Below, in pieces: positions 41,035-54,370 of a stretch of DNA of 64,000 bases (position 1 is its first letter; each line of letters starts with the position of its first letter). The position numbers were made by a program, and so were the translations under genes. Source of the stretch: Octopus vulgaris (lineage: Eukaryota); the NCBI GenBank assembly GCA_951406725.2, contig OX597823.1:91822001-91886000 (forward strand). Direction: 5' to 3'. The notes below the pieces were generated by a model. The model was not told where the DNA came from and ran no database searches. It was given only the letters and a program-made list of their open reading frames with translations.

Positions 41035-41415
41035 GGAGGCGCAATGGCCCAGTGGTTAGGGCAGCGGACTCGCGGTCATAGGGTCATGGTTTCGATTCTC
41101 AGACCGGGCGTTGTGAGTGTTTATTGAGCGAAAACACCTAAAAGCTCCACGAGGCTCCGGCAGGGGATGGTGGTGATCCCTGCTGTACTCTTTCACCACA
41201 ACTTTCTGTCACTCTTACTTCCTGTTTCTGTTGTACCTGTATTTCAAGGGGCCGGCCTTGTCACTCTCTGTGTCACGCTGAATATTCCCGAGATCTACGT
41301 TAAGGGTGCACGTGTCTGTGGAGTGCTCAGCCATTTACATGTTAATTTCACGAGCAGGCTGTTCCGTTGATCGGATCAGCCGAAACCCTCATCGTCGTAA
41401 CCGACGGAGTGCTCC
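41035..41415 (+). mobile_element. tRNA-Arg-like SINE, family C, tail type 2
   Basis: Head shared with the 21045-21434 copy; tail shared with 61075-61250. Confidence 0.88.
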
Positions 41416-41424
41416 CTTTGATAT

Positions 41425-41464
<40 letters not shown>

Positions 41465-41497
41465 ACACACACAAACACACTCATATATATATATATA

Positions 41498-41677
41498 TTC
41501 TTTTATTCGTTTCAGTCATTTGACTGCGGCCATGCTGGAGCACCGCAGGACTTATTCTTTGTAAGCCTAGTAATTATTCCATGAGAGTCTTTAGTCGAAC
41601 CGCTAAGTTACGGGGACGTAAACACACCAGCATCGGTTGTCAAGCGATGTTGGGGGACAAACACAGACACACAAACA
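41498..41677 (-). mobile_element. SINE family A 3' half
   Basis: tttcagtcatttgactgcggccatgctggagcaccgc. Confidence 0.85.
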
Positions 41678-41678
41678 C

Positions 41679-41733
<55 letters not shown>

Positions 41734-41744
41734 TATATATATAT

Positions 41745-42018
41745 TAAAATAGTGTACATTTAAACACAAAAGAAAACTAGCCTTTAACAGGTAATTTTTA
41801 CATGCTACAAATAGCAGCCAACACGGCAGAAACCACGATTCAATAGCAGTTTTCGAAGTAAATGAAAAATAAAATCTTTTACCGTGTTATTTTTATTAGC
41901 GGTTATACGAAAATTACTATTAAATCGTGGTTTTGGCCGTGTTGGCTGCTATTTCTAGCATGTAAAAATTACCTGTTAAAGGGTAGTTTTCTTTTGTGTC
42001 TAAATCTACACTATTTTA
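41745..42018. repeat. Inverted repeat with arms of about 110 bp
   Basis: ctttaacaggtaatttttacatgctacaaatagcagccaacacggc pairs with gccgtgttggctgctatttctagcatgtaaaaattacctgttaaag. Confidence 0.92.
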
Positions 42019-43093
42019 AAATATGAATATGTTGTCTATTGACTATATATACATGCTAGGCCACTGGTGTTGATATTTATAACGAATATTCGCTACCCTA
42101 TAGATGTATCTTATGAATATGTTCGCAGCATTGTCCTTATACTGGTGGTGCCCCAGCATGGCCGCGGCCTCAAGACTAAAACATGTAAAAGAATAGAAGA
42201 ATACGTTTGGTTATATTTTCAGTTCAGTTGCAGTTGTGTCGCCGAAAAGAATATAAGTGTGCCGCAAGTGAAAAAAGTTTGCGGTGTACTGATCTATCGA
42301 TCTCTATACTTACACCCCCCCCCCACACACGAACCGACGTATCTTATACGTGTATACCTTGTCAAATATATAAACACAGCCATGTATCTTAAATGATTGT
42401 CCCTCTCAGAGGAAAATTTTCCTCCTATATTTACAAATTGTGCCAATATACGCTGACTAACGGAACGCTTTACTTTTCTATACACAGTTCCATGTTTGTC
42501 TTTGAGGAGATTGGATTTGGTGCTGACGCCAGCACTGCTGCTACTGCTGCTGCTGCTGCTGCTGCTGCTGTTTATATTGCACTTTCTGGTGCCAACATTT
42601 TTTTGTGTTTCAATCATTATTTGGTTTATACTTTGTGATGTTTGTTGTTGTTTTTCTTTCGTATTTTTATTTATATAATTTTCATTTTTGAATTGGTTTA
42701 AGACTTGTTTTTTCGATTTTTTTCCCCGTTTTTCGCAAGTAAATAAAAGAAATATGTCTGTGACGTGGGTGTATACATACATACGATGTAGTTATAAGTA
42801 CATGCGTATGGTGTGTGTGTATGTGTGAGTATATGTGTGCGTGTTTATGTGCGTATGTCTATGGGTGTATGTATGTGTGTCTATATGTGTGTGTTTACTT
42901 AGGTATGTATACATACATGCATTCACACACACATGCACATGTGTATATGTATATACATATATTTCTGTGTTTGCGTGTGTGCGTATATATATGTGTATGT
43001 AAACATATATACACTACAGGTATATATGTGTGTAGACATATATGTTTATATATATACATACATATGCATTTATAAATATATACATACACACAC

Positions 43094-43142
<49 letters not shown>

Positions 43143-43150
43143 CATATATG

Positions 43151-43247
<97 letters not shown>

Positions 43248-43858
43248 ATGTTAGAATATGTATGTGTACACGCCGCTGTTTAAGCATTTATACTCCTGTA
43301 ATATTAAAGTGCAGTCACACACACGTGCACACACATATATACATACATACATGCATACACACTCATCCATACATAACTACATGCATGAACACACCTCTAT
43401 ATAAAGTCCATTTTAGTTTGCGCACGTAGCAATCTAAGCGACCATGTCATTTTAGATGTACATTTAAACACGATGCAATGTCGACAGAGCCCGACGTTGG
43501 TTTACCTCTAACATTACCAGTAAATTACCACATTAAAACACACTGCATAGTCCTATACTCCCCCCACTCACCCGTAGATTTGTATCCGATTTGCTCCCAC
43601 CCAACTTCTCGCTGCCAAACTTACCCCACCGACCTCCACCGTGCCCTCGGCCGTCGGTACAATCCAATCGATGAATGGTCCTCTTTAGCTGCTAGTCACG
43701 GATTGAAGTCAAGTGTTCTGACGTGACTCTGCTACAGGGATAGTCCATTAACAGGTGGCGTAAAATCCAATGCCAGCACCAGCACCAGCACCAGCACCAG
43801 CATCAGCAGCAGCAGCACCACCAGCGCCACCTCTTTTATTTTTACCATCAGTTATTCT

Positions 43859-43898
<40 letters not shown>

Positions 43899-43987
43899 AT
43901 CTCTCTTCGTTGAGTGACCATTCAACTAACATCATAAGTGTTGATTATCGTGGTCGAAGTCGTCGTCATCATCACCATCATCATCAA

Positions 43988-44047
<60 letters not shown>

Positions 44048-44406
44048 TCTACCATCCCCCCACCACCGCCACCACCACCATCATCGCATTCAACGTAATC
44101 ATCAACATCATCATCAGCCTCCCCGCTCCCCACCGCTACCAGCAGCAGTAACGCCAGCTGCAATACCAGCCGTACATGTCACTGAGAAAACCCGCCAACA
44201 GGAATCCTCATGCTAGAAAGAGCAACCACATCACTCATATCTTACCAGAATACCTTGAAAAAGAAACAATGCATTCGCTAATATCCAGATGTAGAATGTT
44301 TGGCAAAATGAAAAGGAGGGAATGATCACGGCTGGAACCCCTTGCACCATTATTTAAAGCTATTGACAAAACAACCAGCATAACCTCATTCTGTATATAT
44401 ATATTT

Positions 44407-44615
44407 TTTTACTACCCACAAGGGCCTAAACACAGAGGGGACAAACGGATTAAGTCGATTACATCGACCCCAGTGAACTGGTACTTAATTTATCGACCGC
44501 GAAAGGATTAAAGGCAAAGTCGACCTTGGCGGAATTTGAACTCAGAACGCAACGGCGGACGGAATACCACAAAGCATTTCACCCGGCGTGCTAACGTTTC
44601 TTCCAGCTCGCTGCC
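44407..44615 (-). mobile_element. SINE family B, Tx1-like tail
   Basis: tttactacccacaagggcctaaacacagaggggacaaac...ggcggaatttgaactcagaac. Confidence 0.88.
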
Positions 44616-45574
44616 TACTTATTCTGTATATATGAGTCATCGCTTACTTAATGAAAGCCTGATAATGAAACTTTTGATTTATTCATTTAGCTTTTTTCTG
44701 TTTCTTTTTGGTATCTCGGGAGGGGGCACTATGCCAAAAGATAAACACACGCACTGGTTATGTTTCACTCTTTTATTGTTCATTTGTAAATTGCTTAATC
44801 ATTGTTTCATTAATCCTTCGGTCAATCTATCACAGTTGTCGACGTCCTTTCGTCTATTTTAAATGACATACTCTCTGTATTCCACATCTGCAGCTAATTA
44901 AGTGATTGACCGACGATTAACCAAACAATTTAACCAAGTGAGAAAAACAAGTGAAGTTAAATAGAACCAATGTGCGTATCGTTATTGGCACGATGACCCT
45001 ACCGAGATTCATCAAAATCTGAAAGCCGATTACAAAAATAAGAATATTTTAAATATATGCAAAGCAAGGTGTGGTAGAACAGTCTAGGAGGATATGGATT
45101 CACACATCATTGCGACAAAAAACAATGCCAAACCAATTCTTTGTCACAACTATGTGTAGAAAGTGTTGCATTGTTCGAATCAACTATCTGGTCTTTGCTA
45201 CAAATGGCGCCCAACTCACAGTTAAAGCAAACACTATCGTCTTTAAAATGCAGCGAATATTATGTGCAGTGATCTATGATACGACTTACATAGAAAATAA
45301 TATAAAATGCTACACACACACACACACACACATACACACACACACACACTCACACACAGTGAATCCAAACAAAGAAGAACAAACAAGAAAAAACAACAAC
45401 GCGAGGACGAGGAAGAAAGAGAGGATTTTACGTTGCGAGCAAAGATCTTCAAAAATAGAGGAAAGTTCAAATGAAGGGAAGACGGAGGAAGAAAATCGCC
45501 AACGATGCATAGGTGGTTACATTTTGAAATGACCGGAAAGAAAAGGGGGAAGAATTACACACACGCACATATAT

Positions 45575-45830
45575 ACTGAAAATTTACAAAAATGAAAGAC
45601 GAAGACGTGTGTGTAAACAACAAACAGATGTATCAGTCTAACACTCGGGAAGTGAGAAAGTCTTTTACATTTTGAGCCTAAGCTCCTCAACAGAAAGGAT
45701 CACAGAAATAAACAGAGAAAATAGAAAATGGTTTACTGGCTAACGATCTATCATGGCGAATGACGGACAGAGGTGTCACACAGAAGAGCTAGGAAGAAAG
45801 GGAGGTAATAAAGCTGTGGTGAACCCATAT
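45575..45830 (-). mobile_element. Repeat family H1 with variant HHR (45660-45697)
   Basis: CUUU-CUGUUGA-G-GAGC-UUAG-GCUC-AAAAU-GUA-AAAG; homologous to the 57150 copy. Confidence 0.7.
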
Positions 45831-45854
45831 GAATATATGTATGTGTGTGTGTGT

Positions 45855-46062
45855 TTGTATCGTTGTGTCTGTGTTTGTCTTCCTCACCAATCTACAATCG
45901 GTGTTGGCTTGTTTATGCCTGTAACTTAGCCGTTCAATAAAAGCGATGGACAGAATAATTATTAGGCTTAAATATATAAGTACAGTGTTTTAGTTTTTCA
46001 ACTGAAACCCTTAAGCCAGTGATACATCATGGATGTTGTCCAATGACTGAAACAGATAAAAA
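45855..46062 (+). mobile_element. SINE family A 3' half, degraded
   Basis: gtaacttagccgttc...caatgactgaaacagataaaa. Confidence 0.7.
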
Positions 46063-46126
46063 TAGTATACGTATATATATATATATATATATGAAATCCG
46101 AAAAATAAAGTATTATATATCCATTA

Positions 46127-46220
46127 CGGCTGATCCTACCTATCAGTTTCGCGCAAGGAATACAATGGAGTGTTAGGTAAAAATCCGATTATATAACCTT
46201 ACGCTCATCAGAGTTAGCCG
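46127..46220 (-). ncRNA. Type I hammerhead ribozyme
   Basis: CGGCUAACU-CUGAUGA-GCGUAAGG...CCUUGCGC-GAAAC-UGAUAG-GUA-GGAUCAGCCG. Confidence 0.75.
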
Positions 46221-46281
46221 ATATGGAAAGGAATATGGCGACCGTTCTATATACATGTGTGTGTGTGTGTGTGTGTGTAGT

Positions 46282-46722
46282 AATTGATTAAGATGACAGA
46301 AGGTGAATTTGCTATTAGTTTTTAATACGTATGACGGTCGTTCGACCCATTCTACGACTGTCCTTTATAGATGAGATTTTGTGCATCAGTTTTTGCAGTG
46401 TGAGTCACGTCAGGTACATGCATACATCAAGTGGAGTCCCAGTTAGAATATTGATGTCAGGTAGTCATGATAGTCATGAGAGCATTTACCCGCTTCAATC
46501 CATAATAAAGCGGGCAAATACCAACATGACTGCCTGAACTCAATATTTTTAGTGGGACACCACTTGATGTATTCCTGTACCTGACCTGACCCACACTGCA
46601 AAATCGATTCGACACATGTTGCACAACATCTCACCCACACAAGACATTCGCAGGATGGGTCGGACTATCGTTGTACGAAATAAAAATAATACGAAATCCG
46701 TCTTCCGTTTCCTAAATAAATT
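46282..46722. repeat. Imperfect foldback of about 440 bp; each arm carries a decayed HHR
   Basis: ttttgcagtgtgagtcacgtcaggtacatgcatacatcaagtgg pairs with ccacttgatgtattcctgtacctgacctgacccacactgcaaaa. Confidence 0.88.
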
Positions 46723-47306
46723 ATCTCATCTAACATTGGGGAATTCATGAATCAGATTCAACTGAAATATACCCCAACTTCAGATGATACCAGGTAACCC
46801 AAACCATGCTAGTGCTTTACTCAACACTATTTGACATACATTCATTAACCCAAAAATTACACACAAACACACATACGTACACGCACACGCACACGCACAA
46901 ACACATGTATATGTGCATGTTTATAGCTTTATCTCTCTATATTACATTTTATGACGAAAAGGTTGATAGCGACTTCGAAGTCATTGTCAGTCTGCTTCTT
47001 TTAAATGTTAATAAATATTTTGCTAAAATGTAGTCAGTAATCCTTCAGTTTAATATTAAATTCTTTATGAGACAAAGAAAAAACCCATTAGCATACATAC
47101 ATTAACACACACGGACACACACATACACACACACGCATAACGAGTTATATCCATTAATCATCCGGATAGTCACATCTACACCATCGGATACTCCTCAACC
47201 TGTTGTTAAGTATCCCACCCGTGAGAGATCGATGCCAGATGGGTCGAAACAATTGTAGTGATTAATAAAAATTCTTGCATCTTCCATCTTCTGTCTCTCA
47301 TTAACA

Positions 47307-47339
<33 letters not shown>

Positions 47340-47618
47340 AATATGTATGTAAATATATATATATATATACATACATACATACATACATACATACATACAT
47401 ACATACATACATACATACATACATACATGGGCGTTAGCAATGTTTAAAACTTCGATAGGGCGTGAAATGATTCGTTTTTTTAAGTTTGAACTCCAAGGAG
47501 AAAAGCTGTTTATAATAGCGTGCAAATATTGGATCAAAGGATAAATCGTTTGGGAAGAAATATCTGAAGACTGCACGCAATCACAATTATATGTGAGTGC
47601 TTATACACACACACATAC

Positions 47619-47691
<73 letters not shown>

Positions 47692-48524
47692 GATATGAGC
47701 GTATATAATGTTATGCCTTCTTATGTACTCGATTAAAGTATTTTCTCCCTTTTAGTAACTTGGGTGTTCAATTGCTCAGAATGAATGAAATAAAAAATTT
47801 TATGCGTTTTCTATTATTTTAAAGCATATGTTTTTTGTTCATCCTTCATATATAAATTTTATCTATTGATGCCCCCGCACACCCTTCAAAGAAAATAACT
47901 CATAAATAATTGAACAGTACAGTAGCAAATATGGAATTTCAAAATTATATGGTATGCATCGCCCACCCACCCAAAAGGAAAAGCAATAACGTAATACTAC
48001 TACTAATAATTTTAACTCTAACAATATCATGTAAAACTATATAAATATCTCATTAGAGTTAATCCCTTCAAGAATCAGTTAGCTTATTCCCTTGTCGATC
48101 ATTTTACGATTTACATTAGTTCATTCAGCTGTTATTTAATGAGCTGATATTGGCGCTATTCTCTTTTATCTTTCACATAGTGTTGCTAAGACGAGATATT
48201 ATTTGAATGCATTTAGGTTATCGATACTTTCTTTAAGAGGAATTTAACTGGTTCTGGTTTGGGATGCGTTTAATGTCAGTCCCTACAACTGTTTTCGTCT
48301 TTAAGAAAACGTCTTCTATTTAAGGCGCATGAGCGGATAAATATTACACGTTGATGCCTTTTAAACGATGTAGTTTATTTTTTAAATAATCCTGGAAAAA
48401 TTTAATACATAATTTTGGCCTAGTTTTGTTTATATTGAACAACTAGCAGCAAGTTCCTGTTTTTAAACAATCGTATATGATATGGGCTTGTACATTTGTT
48501 ATATATTTGAGTGAGGAGCTGTGT

Positions 48525-48685
48525 AGGCTATATCGACCCCAGCGCCTTTTTGATACTTATCATATCGACTCCCAAAGTATGAAAGGCTAAATCAACCTCG
48601 GCGGAATTTGAACTCAGAACGTAAAGATAGACGAAACGGCGCTAATCATTCTTGTAGGTGTGCTAACGATACTGCCAGTTCACCA
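48525..48685 (-). mobile_element. SINE family B, degraded
   Basis: aacctcggcggaatttgaactcagaacgtaaag. Confidence 0.8.
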
Positions 48686-49949
48686 CATTATTTTCTATTA
48701 ATACCCGTATGTATTTTTCCATCCATTTGATTTCGTATAAGGTTTGAGGTGTACGGTGATCACTTGTGTTATTGTTCGTTATAAAGTAGTTTTACAAACG
48801 TCTCTTACAGAATTTTACGACACGATAGAAATTGCAATCATTGAAGACTGTATAACTTCTCTTTCGCTTGCTTGTCCATGAAGTAATTGCATTATATTCT
48901 CCGGGATGGTTGTGTTTTCAGAAATTTATCGTGTTTAATTTTCGTAGATAATTGCGTGCAGATACTGAGAGCACCACAGAAGAAGTTCAATGAGATCCGA
49001 TTTTCCTCGGTCACCGTTTTTACGCTATAGTTTATAAGTGGTCACAAAAATATGCAAGTATTCGCTGTATGTCTCTTTGTTACATTTAAAACTGAATCAT
49101 TATCCACGTATATCTAGATGTATGTAGATTTTAAGCCCGACTCACCATTTATCGCGGGTCACTTTGGTAATTTTCATTTGTCAGGTTTCCATAACGAATC
49201 CGTTCCTTCTGTTCCATTACAGAAAGTTGGGTGTGACACAAGAGATGTTTGTCCGTAATTATTTAATTAGACATAACGACTGCTATTATCTGCCTCGTTT
49301 GGCGTTCACAAACTTACTGAATCAGATATCTTCAACTAGTTTAAACTAACCATTACGATATCAACGTATGCTACAACTTTGTCCTCCATCAAACATATGT
49401 TCTAAAGGGAAACGAAGAGATCTGGCATGCAAGATAATATTTTCATTGTCCTGTGAGATGCAAACGAATTTTATTGTAAAACGGAGAGCTTTAAGGTGCA
49501 GATCTTTTGATTCAATCGACTATTTGTCTTCCCTACAAACATATGGCTTTCCGCCAACATAAGAAAACCTTATTATTAGTATATTGTATTTTTCATTTAT
49601 TTAGTTGTCTTCAATCAGCTTCTCTTGTTCTTTTCTACTTTCATCCCCGTGCTCTCTTTTCTTAAATATCGCATTTTGGCCAGTGCTTCGTAGAAGTGGC
49701 AAGTATGTGTGCATCTCAATATATCTCTGTCTATTTTATTCTGTGTGTAATGTGAAATGATTGTGTATGTGCATAGAATCTTGTCTTAGCGTTAGTATGT
49801 GCATACGCATGTCTATTCATCTCCGAGTGAATCGATTTGGCTGCGTCTTTCTCCATGTAGTTGTCTTTGGTCATTGTGTCTGTATGTAAGAATTTCTAAA
49901 TGCGATCGCTCGTATATGTGAATGCGAGCGCTAATGTACAAATGCACGC

Positions 49950-49995
<46 letters not shown>

Positions 49996-50090
49996 GCGTG
50001 CCTGTGAATGAACGCGTACGCTTATGTATGCGCACTTTTGTGTGGATGATTTCTTGGATGTATACCTGTCTGTGTATGATTTATCATTAC

Positions 50091-50166
<76 letters not shown>

Positions 50167-50581
50167 TCTTTTAAGTAAACGTTTTATGAGCATGTGTGCA
50201 TGTGTAAATTTATATGTGCCTACGTGTAAATGTGCGTGTATCGCTATGCGCATATATGGATGTTACCTATGGGCGGGTTGGTGGCGGAGAGGGGGGATTA
50301 CAGTTAAACAAAAGTGGTTGGAACAAGAGATTTCATTTAGTCTAATAGCAATCCAATTCGCTCTGTTTCCTTGGCACTATGTTGCTGTGTCTTTGGAGAA
50401 AATTCTTTGAGCGTTCTCCTTTGTCGCTGCCATTTTAGTTAGAAAGTTCTGTCGTCTTTTAAAATTTCTTTCTTCTCTTATTTAAACATTTTACCATTTC
50501 TTTTGTTCCAATATTTTTCTTTTTTTTATGCGAATTACTTTTATTTTCCCCTCGCTCCATTGTTTATACTGAACCTCATAC

Positions 50582-50629
<48 letters not shown>

Positions 50630-50814
50630 TATTATTATTATTATTGTTCTTCTTCTTCTTCTTATTATTATTTCTTTTTCGTTTTTTTCCTTCGATGTTT
50701 CTTTTCGATTGTTGTGAGTTAGCAGAGATACAGAAGCGGTAGCAATAATTCAAGTGAACGCACTGGTGTATTTTATTTCGAGCGGTGTAAGAACGGAAAG
50801 GGCAAAGTACTGGT

Positions 50815-50853
<39 letters not shown>

Positions 50854-51091
50854 CACACACACATACACACACACAAATACATTCACACAGAGACACATAC
50901 ATACACACAAATATATGTATTTATATGTTTATATATACAGAGAGAGAGAGAGAGGTTTACATATCTGTATGTGCGTATCTGTATATATCTATGCATATAT
51001 ATATATATATGCATATATATAAACATACATATATATATACATATATAAATATATATATATATATATGCATATATATATGTATACATACATA

Positions 51092-51162
<71 letters not shown>

Positions 51163-51236
51163 ACGTATATATTCATGTATATAGGTGTGTGTGTGTAAAA
51201 ATTATATACAAGTCTCAACATATCTTTTGTCTTTCC

Positions 51237-51604
51237 TCTTTTATCACTTACTTGTTTCAAGCACTGGACTGCTGCCATGCTGGAGCACTTCCTTGAAAAA
51301 TTTTAGCCACAAAGCTTGACTTCACTATTTGCTTTTTCAAGCCTGGTAATTATTTTATCAGTCTTATTTGCCGAATCGCTAGCTTATGGGGATGAAAACA
51401 CGCCAACACCGATTGACAAGTCGTGGTGGGGGACATTCGCAAACACCGACACAAACGCACGCACACACATGCACACTAACACGCATGAAAAATACATAGG
51501 TGTATGTCGGGCTTCTTTCAATCTCCGCCTTATAAATTCACTCACAAGACTTCGATCACCCCAAAACTTTAACAGAAGACAAGCTTCTTACCGCACGTTC
51601 AAGC

Positions 51605-51608
<4 letters not shown>
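51237..51608 (-). mobile_element. SINE family A, degraded
   Basis: gactgctgccatgctggagcac...gggcttctttcaatctccg. Confidence 0.75.
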
Positions 51609-51650
<42 letters not shown>

Positions 51651-51767
51651 GCATATATATGTGGACATGTTTAAAATATGTGTGTATGTATATATATATA
51701 AACGTATTTATGTATCGGTATATATATACACATATGTATATGTATGTGTGGGGGAATGTGCATGTGT

Positions 51768-51813
<46 letters not shown>

Positions 51814-52744
51814 TTATACACACATATACATATATATTAGATAGATGAATAGATCTTTAGACAGGTAGGTAGATAGAAGTAAACAGATACATAGCTAGAT
51901 ATGGATAGATATACAGTTTGATAGATAGATAGATAGATATATAGATAGATAGATAGATAGATAGATTGTCATGTAAACATTTACAGTGTTTATTTACATT
52001 CGTTTACACTTAGCTCTAAACCCCAACAGGGCCTAGCGCTTGTTTCTATCTTGTGTCGTCCTACCATCATCTATCATTGGAATGCGTTCAATATGTAACA
52101 CCGCGTCCGTGTTTCACGGCAAATATAGATCAATTCTCAGTTGTTTGTGTTTTATTTAGTTCCTGTTCCTTTCTTTCATGTTTTTTTTTTTTAATTCTGC
52201 TAAGAAATCTCTCACCAGCGCACTTACATAATCGGTAGCGCGCCCGGGCGAAAATATTTGACACCATTTTGTCCATCTTTACATTCGAATTTCAGATTAC
52301 GCCGTAGTCAAACTTTGCCCTCCATCATTCCCGGACAAGACCCCTCCCCATAATTACGGGCGTTGTGGATAGAATGAATTTATTTCCTGGGGTACGTTAA
52401 ATTAGAGAGTAACAGTCAAGAGAACGGCGGAATAGGATAACTGAATTCTGGGAAGTTAGATCTACAACAAAAATATTCGGGGAACAGTTTGCAAGTTCCA
52501 AAAGATTGTAAACCAGTGAACAGGTAGCATTTGCAGCCTTTTTAGACGTTTTTTACAGTATCTTAGTATTCTCCGCGGTACATAAAGAGCATCTTATATC
52601 ACCAATTGTTTGATTAACTACTAATATCGTCTCTCAGGTCGAGATTGGAATGGTAGTAGTTAGGAAAGTGTTTATGAGTTCCTAAAAATATTTTGTTCGC
52701 GATATTAATTTTTACATCTAAAGACAAAAGTTAAGCAAGACACA

Positions 52745-52865
52745 AAATTTTGTAGAGCGATTTTTGTGGAGCCATTTTGAGGGTCAAGCTTTTAGGTCCA
52801 CTTTGTAGGTCGATTTTACAAGGCCGTTTTAGTAGGGCCATTTTTGTAGTGCTATTTTTGAGTCG
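52745..52865. repeat. Degenerate minisatellite with a unit of about 14-15 bp (ttttgtagggcca-like)
   Basis: About 8 imperfect units visible. Confidence 0.65.
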
Positions 52866-53378
52866 AGCGATGGGTGAAAAAAATACGAAATAAATTTGAA
52901 CGATAGGGCTTCTTTTCGTTTAGGTGCTATAATAGTACGGTACAGTAACACGAAGAACGCTGTAATTGGAGGGGATGGTCGAAATTTTACTCTGATATTA
53001 TGGATGAAATTTTGAAAACAGCAGTTCCTTCTTCTTCCTCCTCTTCTTCTTTTTCTTTTTCTTCTTCATCTTCATCTTCTTCTTCTTCTTCTTCTTCTTC
53101 TTCTTCTCTTTTTCCTTGGCACCTAATCATGCGATAAACAGACATTTTTTGTTATTGGAAAATCATCATTAAATCCCTTCAAATGGCTACTATAAACCCA
53201 CGCTTGACCGCATCTGGTCACTCGTTATTGTTATTTATGATGTGAAATCCCGAGAAAATGTTTCTAGCAAATTATACAAATCTTAAATTATCGTATGTTT
53301 CTCATGGTTTTTATCTCCGCTACAATTTCAGTGTTCTCCTCACCTCCATCTGCGTTTACTTCGCTCATATCTTCACCC

Positions 53379-53436
<58 letters not shown>

Positions 53437-53759
53437 AACCCTCTATATTTTTATACAGCCTTCCTCTTATTTCTATGTTACTTTCTCACTTTGCTCTTCC
53501 CACTCGTTAACCAATAATAGAATATAATTCTAAATTAAATACCAAATTTTTATTTTGATCACAATTCTTACAGTCTCTACTAGAAGTACTAACGCCTACT
53601 ACATTTTAGTTAATACAGCCAACCATAAGAAATATAAACAGTTATAAATGTTTCTCTGCCTAGAGACTTCACTGTCTGGTGAGGCTTACGACTGATTAAA
53701 CTTCGAAATATCATGCGGCTCCCACATGATCATCGGCCATCTTTATTTCCCTCCGTTGT

Positions 53760-54125
53760 TGCTGGAACTAAGAAGACGTGTTCTTGATTGTCTCCTGTCC
53801 TGTTTGTGATACCTAATTCGACCCTCCGCAAAATCCCAAATTTTATTTAATTTGCTTTGCGGGAACAACTGTTTTATCGAAAGCGTATATTGTTGTTAAA
53901 TACTCGAAGTACGAGACTTGAAAAAACAGCCCTCAACTGATGAAAGGTCGTTCTTTATGTTGTTTGTTTTGTTTTCCATTTGTGTTTTTCGTTGTTTGAA
54001 AGAGTAGTTCATGTTCTATGTACTCGTGCTTCGTACTCTTTTGTTGTTGGGCACAGGGCGTCATGAAACGTGTACGACAAAAGAGTACGAAGAACGAGTA
54101 CATGGAACATGAACTATTCTTTCAA
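53760..54125 (+). mobile_element. Repeat family H3 copy
   Basis: ccctccgcaaaatcccaaattttatttaatttgcttt...caaCTGATGAaagg. Confidence 0.75.
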
Positions 54126-54136
54126 ACAACGAATAT

Positions 54137-54167
<31 letters not shown>

Positions 54168-54281
54168 GATAGATAGATAGATATGTATATATATATACGT
54201 ATAGATGTAAGTATGTACATATACGTATGTATATATGCATATATATTTAAATATATTTATATATATATACACACACACACT

Positions 54282-54367
<86 letters not shown>

Positions 54368-54370
<3 letters not shown>

